DNA of 64,000 nucleotides from an uncultured delta proteobacterium (GTDB lineage: Bacteria > Myxococcota_A > Polyangia > Fen-1088): NCBI GenBank assembly GCA_963767925.1, contig CAVYGB010000002.1, forward strand, positions 896,001-960,000, in the 5' to 3' direction. Positions 1 through 11,401 of the stretch are shown here, piece after piece. Position numbers and translations under genes: made by a program. Position 1 is the stretch's first letter; every line of letters begins with the position of its first letter. The notes beneath the pieces were generated by a model. The model ran no database searches. It was given only the letters and a program-made list of their open reading frames with translations, and was not told the DNA's origin.

Positions 1-264
1 GTGGCGCTCGAGCTTCCCGATCTGAGAAGGATTGAACGGACTCCGGATCCCAAGCAGGTCTTGCGGAAGGCCCTGGAGCACGCCTGTGAGAAGCGGGGCC
101 GACGCCTCGAGCAGTTTCGAAGAGATCTCGGCAAGAGGATCCAGCGCGTGGCCGACCTCATGCAGGATTTGTCGCCATTGCGGCAGCTCGAGTCGTTCCG
201 GACGCTCGAGGAGGATACGACCCGAGCCCTGAGTGCTCTCGGGCTTGCCAGGCGTCCGACCTGA
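1..264 (+). CDS. C-terminal part of hypothetical protein, possibly DUF4276-like (partial at window edge)
   Basis: Open frame from base 1 to TGA at 262-264; LPDLRRIE..PDPKQVL...LSPLRQLESF pattern recalls DUF4276-type proteins. Confidence 0.5.
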   Translation: MALELPDLRRIERTPDPKQVLRKALEHACEKRGRRLEQFRRDLGKRIQRVADLMQDLSPLRQLESFRTLEEDTTRALSALGLARRPT

Positions 265-324
265 CCGATATCGTTGTTCACCATCCACGTCCGGCGCTGC
301 AGACCGCGGGGGCTGGCGGAGGCT

Positions 325-2229
325 TCAGCCGCGGGGGAGGCTGAAGACGCTGGTGTCGAGTTGCTCGACGGCGCGGTCGGACTCGACGAAGCAGTTGCGG
401 TGGTCCATCGCGCCGGACAGGTCGGTGTTGGCGAAGGCGATGCGGCCGAAGGGGGCCCGGCGGAGGACGTCGCGCGGCGCGGGCTGGCCGTTGCGGCCGA
501 AGAAGAAGCCGGGCTGGGGATTGACGTAGGCGTGGCCCCAGCGGTTGAGCACCAGGCCGGCCAGGTGGCGGCGCGGGTCGAAGCCGGAGCGGCCGAACAT
601 GTCGGCGAGCTGCTCGCGGAGGCGGCGCTCGTAGGCCCGGAACGACGTGCCCATCATCTCGATGCGCCCCCGCGCCCCCTGCACCTCGACCGGCTCGCCG
701 GGGTAGGAATAGAGCACCTTCAGCGTCAGCACGGTGGGTGAGTCGGGGCCGATGGTGGGGGCGGCGCCGCCGAGGAGGGCCTGCTTGCGCACCTCGAGGT
801 AGTTGCCGACCCCCTCGAACCAGCGGCAGCCGCTGATGCCGAGGTCGTAGAGGAAGCGCCAGTTGCGCACGGCCAGGTTGGCCATCAGGCAGGGCGAGCG
901 AAAGAACTGGGCGTAGGCCTCGCGGTGGCTCGCCGGCAGGTCCCGCACGACGTGGCGGGTGGTCCAGCTTCCGCCCGCCATGACGACGGCCCGGGCCCGC
1001 ACCCGTTCGACCCGCCCGCCGCGCAGGTAGGCCACCGAGACGGCGCTCGACCTCTCCGGAGGGCCGTCGTGGGCCACGGCGAGCACGGTGGCGCGCAGCC
1101 GGATGCGGGTAGCCTGCCCCGGGCGATCGAGCGCGCGGAGGTCGACCTTGCCCCGGCAGACGCCGTCGGTGCTGCGCGGTCCGGAGATCGCCGCGGGGAT
1201 GAGCGTCTTGACCATCAGGCGGGCGAAGCCGGTGTTGCCCCCGGGAAACATCTGGTCGCCGCGCGCGTCGCCGTCGCCGGGGTGCTGCAGCCCGGGGGCG
1301 TAGCGGCAGTAGGCCGACAGCGCGTCGGGCCCCAGCCCGTAGCCGCCCCCCTCCACCGGCGACAGGTAGGTGCGGATCGTGTCGCGCGACAGGCCGGTGG
1401 TCTCGACGATGTGATCCTCGAGCGTGATCGTGTCGAGCCGCCGGGAGATGGCGTCCCCCTCCTCACGCGGGCGCGCCACCGGCGCCGCCGTCGCGTCGGG
1501 GTGGCGCAGGCGCAGCAGCTCGGCGCGGGCCCGGGCGGGGATGGGCGCCCCCTCGAGCTTCTTGCCCCAGGGATCGATCAGCCACATCCCCGGCCGCTGG
1601 CCGAAGCGGGCTCCGAAGAAGTAGCCGTAGGTCGCGCCCTGCGCGCCGACCATGTCGTAGGGCGCCTGCGACAGCGGCACCTCGGGCGCCCGGCTGCCCC
1701 AGGTCTGGTAGTCGAAGGCCCGCCGGTCGACGCCCATCCGCTCGTAGTAGCGATTGGTCAGCCCGCCCGGGCGGGGCGCCCAGAACACCGCCGAGCCCTG
1801 GTGGGCCACCAGGCGCTGCCCGTCGACGAGGAACTCGTTCTGCTTGGCCTCGCCCCCGAAGAGGCGGTGGTTGTCGATCACCAGGCAGCTCCGCCCCCCC
1901 TTGGCGCCGAAGGCCAGCGCCGCCGCCAGCCCGCTGAGCCCGCCGCCCACCACGACGAGATCGTGGACCTCACCCGTCTCCACCGCGCCGGCGGGCAGCT
2001 CGCGGTAGGCCCCGTCCCGCAGGGCGTGGGCCGCCGCCATCACCTCGGTCGTGTTCCCGTTCGAGTGCCGGTATTCGCCGACCCCGCCCTGCCCGTCCCA
2101 GGTGGGCCCCAGCCAGGCCTGCGGCGCCGCCCCGCCGACCAGGGCATCGCCCGAGGCGATCAGCGCCCCGCCGAGGAAGTCGCGCCGGGTGATCCCGTCA
2201 TTCAGCCCGAGCCGTTCGTCCGCGCTCAT
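325..2229 (-). CDS. Tat-exported FAD-dependent oxidoreductase, spermidine dehydrogenase (SpdH)-like
   Basis: ITRRDFLGG twin-arginine motif; DLVVVGGGLSGLAAA Rossmann motif; FGGEAKQNEF, NRWGHAY and FGRIAFANTD motifs; ATG 2229 chosen as start. Confidence 0.8.
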   Translation of the reverse strand: MSADERLGLNDGITRRDFLGGALIASGDALVGGAAPQAWLGPTWDGQGGVGEYRHSNGNTTEVMAAAHALRDGAYRELPAGAVETGEVHDLVVVGGGLSGLAAALAFGAKGGRSCLVIDNHRLFGGEAKQNEFLVDGQRLVAHQGSAVFWAPRPGGLTNRYYERMGVDRRAFDYQTWGSRAPEVPLSQAPYDMVGAQGATYGYFFGARFGQRPGMWLIDPWGKKLEGAPIPARARAELLRLRHPDATAAPVARPREEGDAISRRLDTITLEDHIVETTGLSRDTIRTYLSPVEGGGYGLGPDALSAYCRYAPGLQHPGDGDARGDQMFPGGNTGFARLMVKTLIPAAISGPRSTDGVCRGKVDLRALDRPGQATRIRLRATVLAVAHDGPPERSSAVSVAYLRGGRVERVRARAVVMAGGSWTTRHVVRDLPASHREAYAQFFRSPCLMANLAVRNWRFLYDLGISGCRWFEGVGNYLEVRKQALLGGAAPTIGPDSPTVLTLKVLYSYPGEPVEVQGARGRIEMMGTSFRAYERRLREQLADMFGRSGFDPRRHLAGLVLNRWGHAYVNPQPGFFFGRNGQPAPRDVLRRAPFGRIAFANTDLSGAMDHRNCFVESDRAVEQLDTSVFSLPRG

Positions 2230-2424
2230 GGTCGTCGCCCTCCCGGCGGCCCGCGCGCCACCGCCCGGGCGGGCCACAGTATATATCCGCCTCGCCCTGC
2301 CCCGCGTTGGCCGCGCGCAAATTTTGCTGCGACGACAAGGCGTGGCGGGCCGTGCAAGGCGACGGGGTCGACTGAAACGCCGCGTGGTTCAGGTGGGCGG
2401 GCATCCGGTCGATGTCGACCGACC

Positions 2425-2983
2425 ATGCGTAAATGGACCCCGTTGTTGCTCGCGACCGCTGTCCTGCACCTCTCGCTGCCGGGGCCCGCGCGGGCGGCCG
2501 AGCCCTGCCTGACGAACTGCCAGGCGGAGGGGCCCGGCGCGGCGGGCGCGCCCCTCGATCGGGAGGCGGAGCGGGCGCGCGACGCGGAGGAGCAGCGGCT
2601 CGACGAGCAACGCCGGCGCCTGGAGAAGGCAGAGCGGGCGCGCGCCGAGCTCGAGCAGGCCCAGGCGGACCAGCGCCGGCTGGAGACCTTCGAGGAGGAG
2701 TCGGTCTCGGCGACCCGCCGCCGGGTGGGCGGAATGGCCCTCACCATGGCCGCCACCACCGGCTGCCTCACCGGGCTGGCGCTCTACCTCGGGACCAAGG
2801 GGACCCGCACCGGCGAGCGCAGCTACCGCCCGATCGCGCTACGGCCTGGCCGGGTTCTCGGTGGTGACGGCGATCCTCGGCGCCGGGTTCCTGATCTCCG
2901 GCTTCTCCTCGGACACGCGCGACGTCGCCCTCGACGTCGGCCGCGATCGCCTCACCGCCTCGCTCGGCTTCCGGTTCTTCTAG
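2425..2983 (+). CDS. Secreted/membrane hypothetical protein with coiled coil, apparent frameshift near 2835-2840
   Basis: Signal peptide MRKWTPLLLATAVLHLSLPGPARA; Glu/Arg coiled coil; a shifted frame gives YGLAGFSVVTAILGAGFLISG...LTASLGFRFF* (TAG 2981-2983). Confidence 0.6.
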
Positions 2984-3013
2984 CCCAGGCGCAGGGCGGG
3001 CACGCCCCCCCGG

Positions 3014-3589
3014 TCAGCGGGCGGGGGGGTTGACGGGGACGACGGTGACTTCGGTGCCGTGGGTGACCCCCGACATGGGCGTCACCCCGAGCCCGACGGG
3101 GGCGGAGATGTCCAGGGTGGGCTTCTTCTCGAGCGGCACGGTGGCGCCCGCGCGCTCGCGGGCGACGATCTTGATTACCGGCTTGCCCTCGGCCTTCTCC
3201 AGGTAAAACGCGTAGGAGGCGACCGCCCGGAAGCGGTAGTTGTCGAGGTAGCTGAACAGGCCGACGCTGCGGCCCTGGTAGACGAGCACCACCGTCAGCG
3301 AGTGCAGGCCCCGCCCCAGCCGGACGTCCATGGCCCGCGCCGCGATGTCGAGCTCGGCCTTGCCGCTGGCCTTGAGGTGGGCGAACTGCGCCCCGTCGAG
3401 CATGAAGAAGGCGTCGACGAGGCGGAAGCGCTTGCCCATCTCGCTGCGCGCCTCGATCCGCACCGGCTCGATCTCGTCCCGGGGCGGCGCCGGCCGCACC
3501 GAGGCTTCCCGAACGTTGGAGCCCGGATGGGGGAGACCGTCGAAGGGACCGGCCAGCAATACCCACGCAAGCAAACCGATAGATGCCAT
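3014..3589 (-). CDS. Hypothetical exported protein (beta-rich domain; start uncertain)
   Basis: Hydrophobic N-terminus MASIGLLAWVLLAG; coding-like codon usage; RFRLVDAFFMLDG...GLFSYLDNYRF. Confidence 0.65.
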   Translation of the reverse strand: MASIGLLAWVLLAGPFDGLPHPGSNVREASVRPAPPRDEIEPVRIEARSEMGKRFRLVDAFFMLDGAQFAHLKASGKAELDIAARAMDVRLGRGLHSLTVVLVYQGRSVGLFSYLDNYRFRAVASYAFYLEKAEGKPVIKIVARERAGATVPLEKKPTLDISAPVGLGVTPMSGVTHGTEVTVVPVNPPAR

Positions 3590-3849
3590 CACCGACAAGA
3601 CAAGTGTGCAGCATCGCCAGCCCCCTGCCCACGTGACTCGACGCTGGAGCCCCCGCGCCGGTGGTCCGATCTGCGTGGTTGTGGGTGGTCCAGCTCGGGT
3701 CGTGACCACCCTCCCCGCATCGAAAGCTCGGCGGCCCGCGGGAAACCCGCCATGACGCCGTCCGCGGCCCGGCCGGCTGCTTCCGACGCCGGTGCGCGGC
3801 TACCGGCCGGAAGGCCCGGGCAGCCCGAGCAGCGGGCCGACGACCGAGG

Positions 3850-4965
3850 TCAGGGCAGAAACGCGCCCGGCGTGTCGGTCTCGATCCGGCGGACCGCCTC
3901 GTTCGGCATGGCGACATAGAGGTCGCGGCAATCGAGGACGCCACGGCCGAAGGCTATGCTCGAGAAGTGCCGTCCCTCCAGCACCCGGACCGCTGGCGCC
4001 TCGCTGCTGTCGATGCGGGCGAGCTGGGCCTGGCCGCTGGGCTCGTAGGTGCCGACGTAGAGCCGCCCCGCACGGTCGAAGGCCATCCCGTTGGCCCAGC
4101 CGTCGTAGGCCCCGTACATCGACCGGTCCTGCTCGCGGGCGTCCTCGAGCACGATGCGAAAGATGGGACCCCGGGCGGTGCCGGCCAGGAGCGCGCCGTC
4201 GGACGCGAAGGCCAGGGCGGTGGGCGAGTTGGGGCCGCCGAGCCGCTCCGGGGTGACCTCGCTGCGAATCCCCTCGGGCGTCACCCGATGGATCTTCCCG
4301 TCTCCGCGCTCGCTGAAATAAACGTCGCCCCCCCGGTCGACGGCGAGGTCGTTCGGCACCAGGAGCCCATCGATGAGCAGCTCCACCGTAGGCGGGTCGG
4401 CTTTCAGATCCACCCTGTGGATCGACCCGGTGTCGCTGCTGGCGACGTAGAGCCGGTTGCGCTGGCCATGGACGGCGAACCCCCACACGCCGACGCCGCG
4501 GCCGGGGATACGCACCCACTGCAGCTCGGGCTCCCCGCCGCCGGGGCGCAGGCGGCCGACCCAGGCCTCCGGCTGGCCGGCGCGCGAAAAGTAGATCGTC
4601 CCGTCGGGGCCGATGGCCAGACCGTCGGCGTTCTCGATCCCGCTGACGTCGGGCTTCTCGCGCCCACAGGTGGGGATCGAGCTGGCGCCGCTGCTACCGC
4701 CGACGGGCGGCGCCACCTCGCCGCGGTTGGCGGCATCCGGGATGGCCGCCGCGTCGGCCTCCGAGGAAGGTTCCGGCGTCGGAACCGGCGCGGGAGGCAG
4801 CGGCAGGCCGCCGCGGTTCGTGTCCCGTCCGGCGTCGGCCCGGGTGCGCACCTCCGGCTCGCGCGAGGGCGGCTGGATGTCAGCCCGGCAGGCGCTCGCG
4901 GCCAGCGCACAGAGCGCCACCAGCGATCGCCCCGCGCGGACCGAAAGCACATCCAATTTCACCAT
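3850..4965 (-). CDS. SMP-30/gluconolactonase/LRE-family beta-propeller lipoprotein
   Basis: Lipobox LAASAC; Pro-rich linker; repeated blades ADGLAIGPDGTIYFS, PNDLAVDRGGDVYFS, ANGMAFDRAGRLYV. Confidence 0.85.
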   Translation of the reverse strand: MVKLDVLSVRAGRSLVALCALAASACRADIQPPSREPEVRTRADAGRDTNRGGLPLPPAPVPTPEPSSEADAAAIPDAANRGEVAPPVGGSSGASSIPTCGREKPDVSGIENADGLAIGPDGTIYFSRAGQPEAWVGRLRPGGGEPELQWVRIPGRGVGVWGFAVHGQRNRLYVASSDTGSIHRVDLKADPPTVELLIDGLLVPNDLAVDRGGDVYFSERGDGKIHRVTPEGIRSEVTPERLGGPNSPTALAFASDGALLAGTARGPIFRIVLEDAREQDRSMYGAYDGWANGMAFDRAGRLYVGTYEPSGQAQLARIDSSEAPAVRVLEGRHFSSIAFGRGVLDCRDLYVAMPNEAVRRIETDTPGAFLP

Positions 4966-5292
4966 GACGCCCCCTTTCGCGCACTACCGCCCTCACGATG
5001 ACGCGTCGTTTTCGATGCCGAAAAAGCCATCTTCGTGAAAGTGGCCCCGGAGGTCGGAAAGGTCTCCTCTGCCGCGTGAAAATTTGTCCGTGAGAGACCC
5101 ATCGGGGACCTGCATGCACGTGTGCCTCCCGATGCTGTCGGCCCCTGTGGCTCGTTCGCCTCATTCGTTCATTTGAAAACCTTCCGATCGAGATGAGATA
5201 AAATATGGCCTGTGCGTGGTCTGCCGGGGACCCCCGGGCGGACGCCAGCAGCGGCGATCGGCGCGGGTCCAGGCGTGAAGGAGGGTGCAGCG

Positions 5293-7555
5293 ATGAAGGC
5301 AATCGAGTCGGAGATCGCCGAGACCGAGGGGTGGTTCGCCAGCCCGCGCTTCGAGGGGGTGACGAGGCTCTATTCGCCCCGCCAGGTGGTCGAGCAACGC
5401 GGGACCATCCAGCCCGACTACACCGTCGCCCGCACCGCCGCCGAGCAGTTCCACGCCCGCCTGCGCGAGCTGTTCACCGCCCGCAAGTCGATCACCACCT
5501 TCGGCCCCTATTCGCCCGGGCAGGCCGTCGCCCTCAAGCGCATGGGCATCGAGGGCATCTACCTCGGCGGCTGGGCCACGTCGGCCAAGGGCTCGATCAA
5601 CGAGGACCCAGGCCCCGATCTGGCCAGCTACCCGCTGAGCGCGGTGCCCGACGAGGCCGCCCCCATCGTGCGCGCCCTGCTCACCGCCGATCGCAACCAG
5701 CGCTTCGCCCGCCTGCGCATGAACGAGGCCACCCGGGCCGCCACCCCCGAGGTCGACTACCGCCCCTTCATCATCGCCGACGCCGACACCGGCCACGGCG
5801 GCGACGCCCACGTGCGCAACCTCGTGCGCCGGTTCGTCGAGGTGGGCGTCCCGGGCTACCACATCGAGGATCAGAAGCCGGGGGTCAAGAAGTGTGGGCA
5901 CCAGGGGGGCAAGGTGCTCGTCCCCGAGGACGAGCAGATCAAGCGCCTCAACGCCGCCCGCTTCCAGCTCGACGTCATGAAGGTCCCCGGCATCGTGGTG
6001 GCCCGCACCGACGCCGAGTCGGCCACCTTCCTCGACGGCCGCGGCGACGAGCGCGACCACCCCTTCATCCTGGGGGCCACCAACGTCGAGCTGCCCACCT
6101 ACAAGGTGGGGGCCCTGGCCATCCTCAAGCGGCTGCGCGACCTCGGGGTCGACGACGTCTTCGGTCACCAGCTCTTCAAGATCTCCGACGCCGAATACGA
6201 GGAGGCCAACGCCTGGCTGGCCCGCACCGGCGTCATGCGGGCGATCGACGAGAGCGCCCGGGCCATCGGGCAGGCCGAGGGCCCCGCTCGCGACGCCCTG
6301 CTGGACAAGATCGACAGCCGCTACCTCGAGGCCTGGCAGGCCGAGGCCAGCCTCAAGAGCTACCCCCAGGCGGTGGCCGACGTGATCGCCTTCCGGGGCA
6401 ACGAGGGCGATCGCTTCGAGCTGACCACCGAGCAGTGGCTGGCCTTCGCCGGCACCACCTCGTTCCACAACGCCCGGGCCCGGGCCCGGGCCATGGGGAT
6501 CAACATCATCTGGGACTGCGAGATCTGCAAGACGCCCGAGGGCTACTACCAGGTCCAGGGCGGCCTCGATTACGCCATCGCCAAGTCGCTGGCCGCCGCC
6601 CCCTTCGCCGACATCCTCTGGATGGAGACCAAGACCGCCGACCTGGCCGACGCCAAGCGCTTCGCCGAGGCCATCCACGCCCAGTTCCCCGGCAAGATGC
6701 TGGCCTACAACCTGTCGCCCTCGTTCAACTGGGACACCACCGGCATGGGCGACGAGAAGATGCGCCAGTTCCCCGAGGAGCTCGGCAAGATGGGCTTCGT
6801 CTTCAACTTCATCACCTACGGCGGCCACCAGATCGACGGCCTGGCCGCCGAGGAGTTCGCCACCGCCCTCCGCCAGGACGGCATGTTGGCCCTGGCCCGG
6901 CTGCAGCGGAAGCTCCGGCTTGTCGACTCTCCTTACCGCACGCCCCAGACCCTGGTGGGCGGGCCCCGGGGCGACGCCGCCCTCATGGCCGCCTCGGGCG
7001 GCACCGCCGCCACCAAGGCGATGGGCAAGGGCTCCACCCAGCACCAGCACCTGGTGCAGACCGAGGTGCCGACCAAGCTGCTCGAGGAGTGGCTGGCTCT
7101 CTGGACCAAACACCACGCCCTGTCCGCTGCCCTGCGGGTGCGCCTGCGGCCCCACACCGCCGGCTCGGAGCTGCTGGAGCTGGGCCTCGTCACCCCCGAC
7201 GGCGAGCGGGAGGCCAACGTCGTGTTCGACGCCATCGTCGACCGGCGCGGCCGCAACATCCTGTCGATCCGGGACCAGAACACCTTCGACAAGGCCCTCC
7301 GGCAAGAAGCGCCTGATGACCCTCATCCACCTGTTCCTCATCCACCGCTACAAGGCCGCCTCGGTCCACTACGTCACCCCCACCGACGACAACCGCTACC
7401 AGACCCAGAAGATGAAGGCCCACGGCCTGTTCAGCGACGTCCACGACGAGGTCGGCCAGATCATCGTCGCCGACGTCAGCCCCGACAACGTGAAGGCCCT
7501 GCTGGCGCCCGACCGCGAGCGCCTGCTGGCCCTCATCGAACGCCGCCACCCCTAG
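5293..7555 (+). CDS. aceA: Isocitrate lyase, long ICL2-type with C-terminal extra domain; +1 frameshift near 7300
   Basis: KKCGH catalytic motif, [23 protein letters not shown]; after ...NTFDKAL the protein continues in the frame of ORF 6920..7555 ([17 protein letters not shown]...YVTPTDDN); GGAGG upstream of ATG 5293. Confidence 0.93.
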
Positions 7556-7572
7556 ATCGGAGATCCCCTCCC

Positions 7573-8124
7573 GTGCACGCCTGGCATGACATCTATGTCG
7601 ACGATCAGCTCGTCGACCGCGAGTTTCCCGTGGTCATCGAGGTCTCCAAGGGGGACAAGAACAAATACGAGCTCGACAAGGAGACGGGCTTTCTGCGGCT
7701 CGACCGGGTGCTTTACAGCTCGGTCCACTACCCGGCCAACTACGGCTTCGTCCCCCGCAGCTACTGCGACGACGGCGATCCCCTCGACGCCCTCGTGCTG
7801 GGGCAGGAGCCGGTGCACCCCCTGACCATCGTCGAGTCCCGGGCCATCGGGGTCATGCGCATGCGCGACGACAAGGGGATCGACGACAAGATCATCGCGG
7901 TCAACGTGCGCGACCCGGCGGTGTCCGACTACCGCGACCGCGACCAGCTCCCCGCCCACGTGGGCCGGGAGATCATGCGCTTCTTCCAGGACTACAAGGT
8001 GCTCGAGCAGAAGCAGGTCGTGGTGGAGAACATCCTCGGCCCCACCGAGGCGATCGCCATCTTGCGCGACGCCCTCGACCTGTACCGCCGCCTGCGCCGG
8101 GGCGAGGTCACCCTGCGCAAGTAG
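7573..8124 (+). CDS. ppa: Family I inorganic pyrophosphatase
   Basis: [46 protein letters not shown] motifs; GTG start 7573. Confidence 0.95.
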   Translation: MHAWHDIYVDDQLVDREFPVVIEVSKGDKNKYELDKETGFLRLDRVLYSSVHYPANYGFVPRSYCDDGDPLDALVLGQEPVHPLTIVESRAIGVMRMRDDKGIDDKIIAVNVRDPAVSDYRDRDQLPAHVGREIMRFFQDYKVLEQKQVVVENILGPTEAIAILRDALDLYRRLRRGEVTLRK

Positions 8125-8133
8125 GCGGTGCAC

Positions 8134-9991
8134 TCAGGGATCGCCGGAGAACGAGGGGGCGGGCCGGGGGCGGGCGGTCGGCTCGTCGAGGAGGATCTCC
8201 ACCTCCGGCTCGATGGGCCGGGGGCGGGCGCCCGAGCGGCGGCTCTCGCGCGGGCGCGGCTCGCGCGGGGCCCGGTCGGGGGGAGCCAGGGTGGGGGTCA
8301 CGGTGGCCTTGACCGCCGTGACCGCCGCGGCCGCTGCCCCGGTCGTCCCCGCCGTGCCCGCGGCGACGGCACCGTCCTCGACATCGGCCTCGGCGACCTC
8401 GTCGCCGCCCTCGTAGTCCACCCCCGGCACCACCTCCTGGCCGGGCTGGGTGATCGACCCCGCGGGCGTAGGCCATCATGGCGTTGACCGCGCTGACCTG
8501 GGCGCTCCGCACCGCCATGGTCGTGAAGCGCCGGTCGCGGATGCCGTCGACGAAGATCGAGAAGGCGAGCACGTCCTCGCCGTCGCCGACGTAGCCGGAG
8601 ATGCAGGACTTGCCGCTCAGCGTGCCGGTCTTGGTGCGCACCCGTTCGGCGGCGGGCGAGCCGCGGAAGCGGTTGCGGGTGGTGCCGTCGACCCCGCCCA
8701 CCGAGAGCGACTGCATCATCTCCGGCCCCCAGCGCGGGTCGAGGTAGATCTTGTGCAGGAGCTCGGCCAGGGCGTCGGCGGTCAGCCGGTTGCCGTGTCC
8801 CAGGCCGGAGCCGTTGGTGGGCAGGTAGCTCTCGCGGGCCAGGCCCAGCTCGTCCATCGCCTCGCGCAGGGTGCGCAGGCCCTTGTCGGCGGTGGCGGGG
8901 CCGCCGAACACCTCGGCCCCCACGACGTCGAGCAGGCGGTCGGCCCACTCGTTGTCCGACTCCTTGTTGATGCGGCGAACGATGACCGACAGCGGCTCGG
9001 AGCGGTGGACCGCCAGCGCCTCGCTGGGGCCGGGGCTCTTGAGCTCGCGGGAATCGAGCACGCGGGCCCGGTCGCGCACCTCGATGCCCGACTCGGTCAG
9101 CACCCGCTGCAGCAGCGAGGCGGTGAACAGGCGCTGGTCGGGGGCGATCCGGCGCATCAGCACGCCGGGGTGGCTCGCCGACAGCCGCCCGGCGAGGTCG
9201 ATCGTGATCTTGTCGGCGGTGGCGGTCAGGTTGAGGGTGAGCCGCCGCCCGCGCCCGCCCGTCACCGCCCGGTTGCGCACGACCACCGCGTCGGTGTCGG
9301 GCTTGATCGAGACGAGCGGCGGCAGGCCGTCGAGGCTGGGGCGCACGCGGATGTCGAGGAAGGTGCGGTGCACGCGCAGGGGCGTGCGCTCTTCCGGGTG
9401 GGTCTCGGACGAGCCGATGCGCCGGGTGTCGGCGGCGATGCCCCCCTCGATCCGCAGCACGCCCCGGGTGGCCAGGGCGGTGGCGAGCGACTCGAGGTCG
9501 ACCAGGCGGAGGGAGGGATCGCCCATGCCCCGCAGCACCACGTCCCCCTTGACCACGCCGGCGGCGTCGGGGGCCGCGCCCAGCAGCTCGGTGCGAAAGC
9601 GAAAACCCGCGCCCAGCCGCATGAGCGCGGCGGTTGTGACCAGCACCTTCTGGTTGGACGCCGGGTCCATCAGCGTCATGCCCCCGCTGCGGAAGAAGGT
9701 GCGCCCGCTGGACGCGTCGATCACGCGCATGCCGACCCGCACGCCCCCCAGCACCGGACCCTCGACGATGCCGGCGAGCTGCTCCTGCAGGCGAATGATG
9801 CGTTCGCGGGCGGGGTCGTTGGGGTCGGGCGGGGGCACGTCGAGCACCGCGCCCGACGATCCAGGTGCCGGCTCGCCCGGCGCCGGCGCCTGCGACGCGC
9901 GCAGGCCAGCGGGGTCCGCGGCCGCGGGCGCGCGGGACGGCATGGCCGAGAGGACGGCGAGGATGAGCGGCGCGGTGGTCTGGAGACGCAT
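8134..9991 (-). CDS. dacB: D-alanyl-D-alanine carboxypeptidase/endopeptidase PBP4 (S13), paralog 1; frameshift near 8450-8460
   Basis: PASNQK (SxxK), KESDN (SxN), KTGT motifs, NGSGL; signal peptide; the acidic tail PGVDYEGGDEVAEADVE lies in ORF 8134..8433 and matches the in-frame tail of paralog 2. Confidence 0.9.
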
Positions 9992-10250
9992 CTGGTTTCC
10001 CGGGCCGCGGCTGGGGGCCTGGCTCGTCGTGGAAAGGTATAGCGAGCCGATCCCGGACGCCACTATCGAGAAACAGCTTGGCCGGGTGCGCGCTCGGCTG
10101 TCCCCCTGGGGGGGCGTTCAGGGCAGGTCCCCGGGGATTCCACGCCCAAAAGGGGGCGCCTCACCTCGCCCGGCCGCCACGCCTGTCTCGCCTGCGCGCC
10201 CCCGGCCCTGCCCCTGTGGCTCCCTGCCCGGCCTTTCCCTGGTCCGTTCC

Positions 10251-11252
10251 CTACCGGGCCTGGGCCACGGCGGCGGGGGGATACCAGGGCGGATAGCCAT
10301 CGCGGCGCGGAAGCTTCAGGACGGCCTGGAACAGGGCGGCCAGCGCGCCGGCGGGGGCGGGAGTGACGGTAGGTTGTCCCTCGTCGACGGCGCGCTCGGG
10401 CGGAATCCGGGCCGGCAGCGGGCACAGGCCCCGCCGGGGCGATTCGCTGCCGACCTGGTAGGCGAGATCGGCCGCGTGTTCGGCCAGCTTGCGGTCGAGC
10501 ACGTCGAGCGACACGCTGGGGAAGGCCGCCTCGATCGCCCCGAGGGGCGGCTGGCCGCCCTCGACCGCCTCCACCAGCGGCCGGAAGCGCGAGGTGTTCT
10601 TCCCCTCGGCGCCGTGGAGGATGTAGTCGATGATCAGGCGGCTGGTGAAGCGGTACCAGTTGCGCGCCTCGGGCCCGTCGTAGGCGTCCCAGGAGACCTC
10701 GACCAGCTTGCGCACCGGCAGCACCGGCTCCTTCTCCCGGGGCAACACGCCGAAGCAGGCCACCTGGTTGCCGTCGCCATAGCGGTATTGAACGGTGCGC
10801 ACGTAGGCCGCGAAGCCCTCGTGGAACCAGAGCGGGGCGTCCGGGAAGCTCTTGTGGATGTAGAGGTGGGCCAGCGCCTCGGACACCAGCGGGTGGCCCT
10901 TGTCGTCCATGGTGATGAGCAGCCCGTCCTTGCCGATGCTGCCGCCGCCGCCCGGCCCGCTGGCCAGCGCCACCGCGCCCCGGAGAAAGCCCATGGTCTG
11001 CTCGAACGTCTCGGGGGAGAAGACCAGCACGTCGATGCGGGGCAAGCTGACGTTCTTGAAGAAGGTCGCCCCGATGGTGGAGTGGGCCAGCTCGAGGTCC
11101 CGCACCAGGAGCTGCGTCTCGCGGGCCGTGCGGGCGTAGACCGCGAAGTTGCGGGAGGTGACAACGCTCCACCCCTCCGCCGACCCGATGCCCCCGTGGG
11201 CACACCCCGCCGCGATCACCAGAAAGGGGAGCAGGCAGCGTCCGGTCTTCAT
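10251..11252 (-). CDS. Lipoprotein with zincin/DUF1570-like domain, HExxH degenerate
   Basis: Lipobox IAAGC; WSVVTSRNFAVY; SEALAH...PLWFHEGFAAY. Confidence 0.7.
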   Translation of the reverse strand: MKTGRCLLPFLVIAAGCAHGGIGSAEGWSVVTSRNFAVYARTARETQLLVRDLELAHSTIGATFFKNVSLPRIDVLVFSPETFEQTMGFLRGAVALASGPGGGGSIGKDGLLITMDDKGHPLVSEALAHLYIHKSFPDAPLWFHEGFAAYVRTVQYRYGDGNQVACFGVLPREKEPVLPVRKLVEVSWDAYDGPEARNWYRFTSRLIIDYILHGAEGKNTSRFRPLVEAVEGGQPPLGAIEAAFPSVSLDVLDRKLAEHAADLAYQVGSESPRRGLCPLPARIPPERAVDEGQPTVTPAPAGALAALFQAVLKLPRRDGYPPWYPPAAVAQAR

Positions 11253-11401
11253 CGCGCGCAGGTTACACCCTCCGCGGCCGCGGGGCGGCCGGGCGGAAGC
11301 TGCCGGGCAGATTAACTTTGACTCTGCGCGCTCAATTCGTGTTAAGCGCATAGCCAGGTTTTCCCAGCGTTTTCGACCGGGCTTTCGACCAGGAGTCACC
11401 C

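Noticed and set aside
5212..8124. 970-aa isocitrate lyase-pyrophosphatase fusion
   Set aside because: The linker is off-frame sequence; the real AceA C-terminus is in another frame ending at 7555 and ppa has its own GTG at 7573
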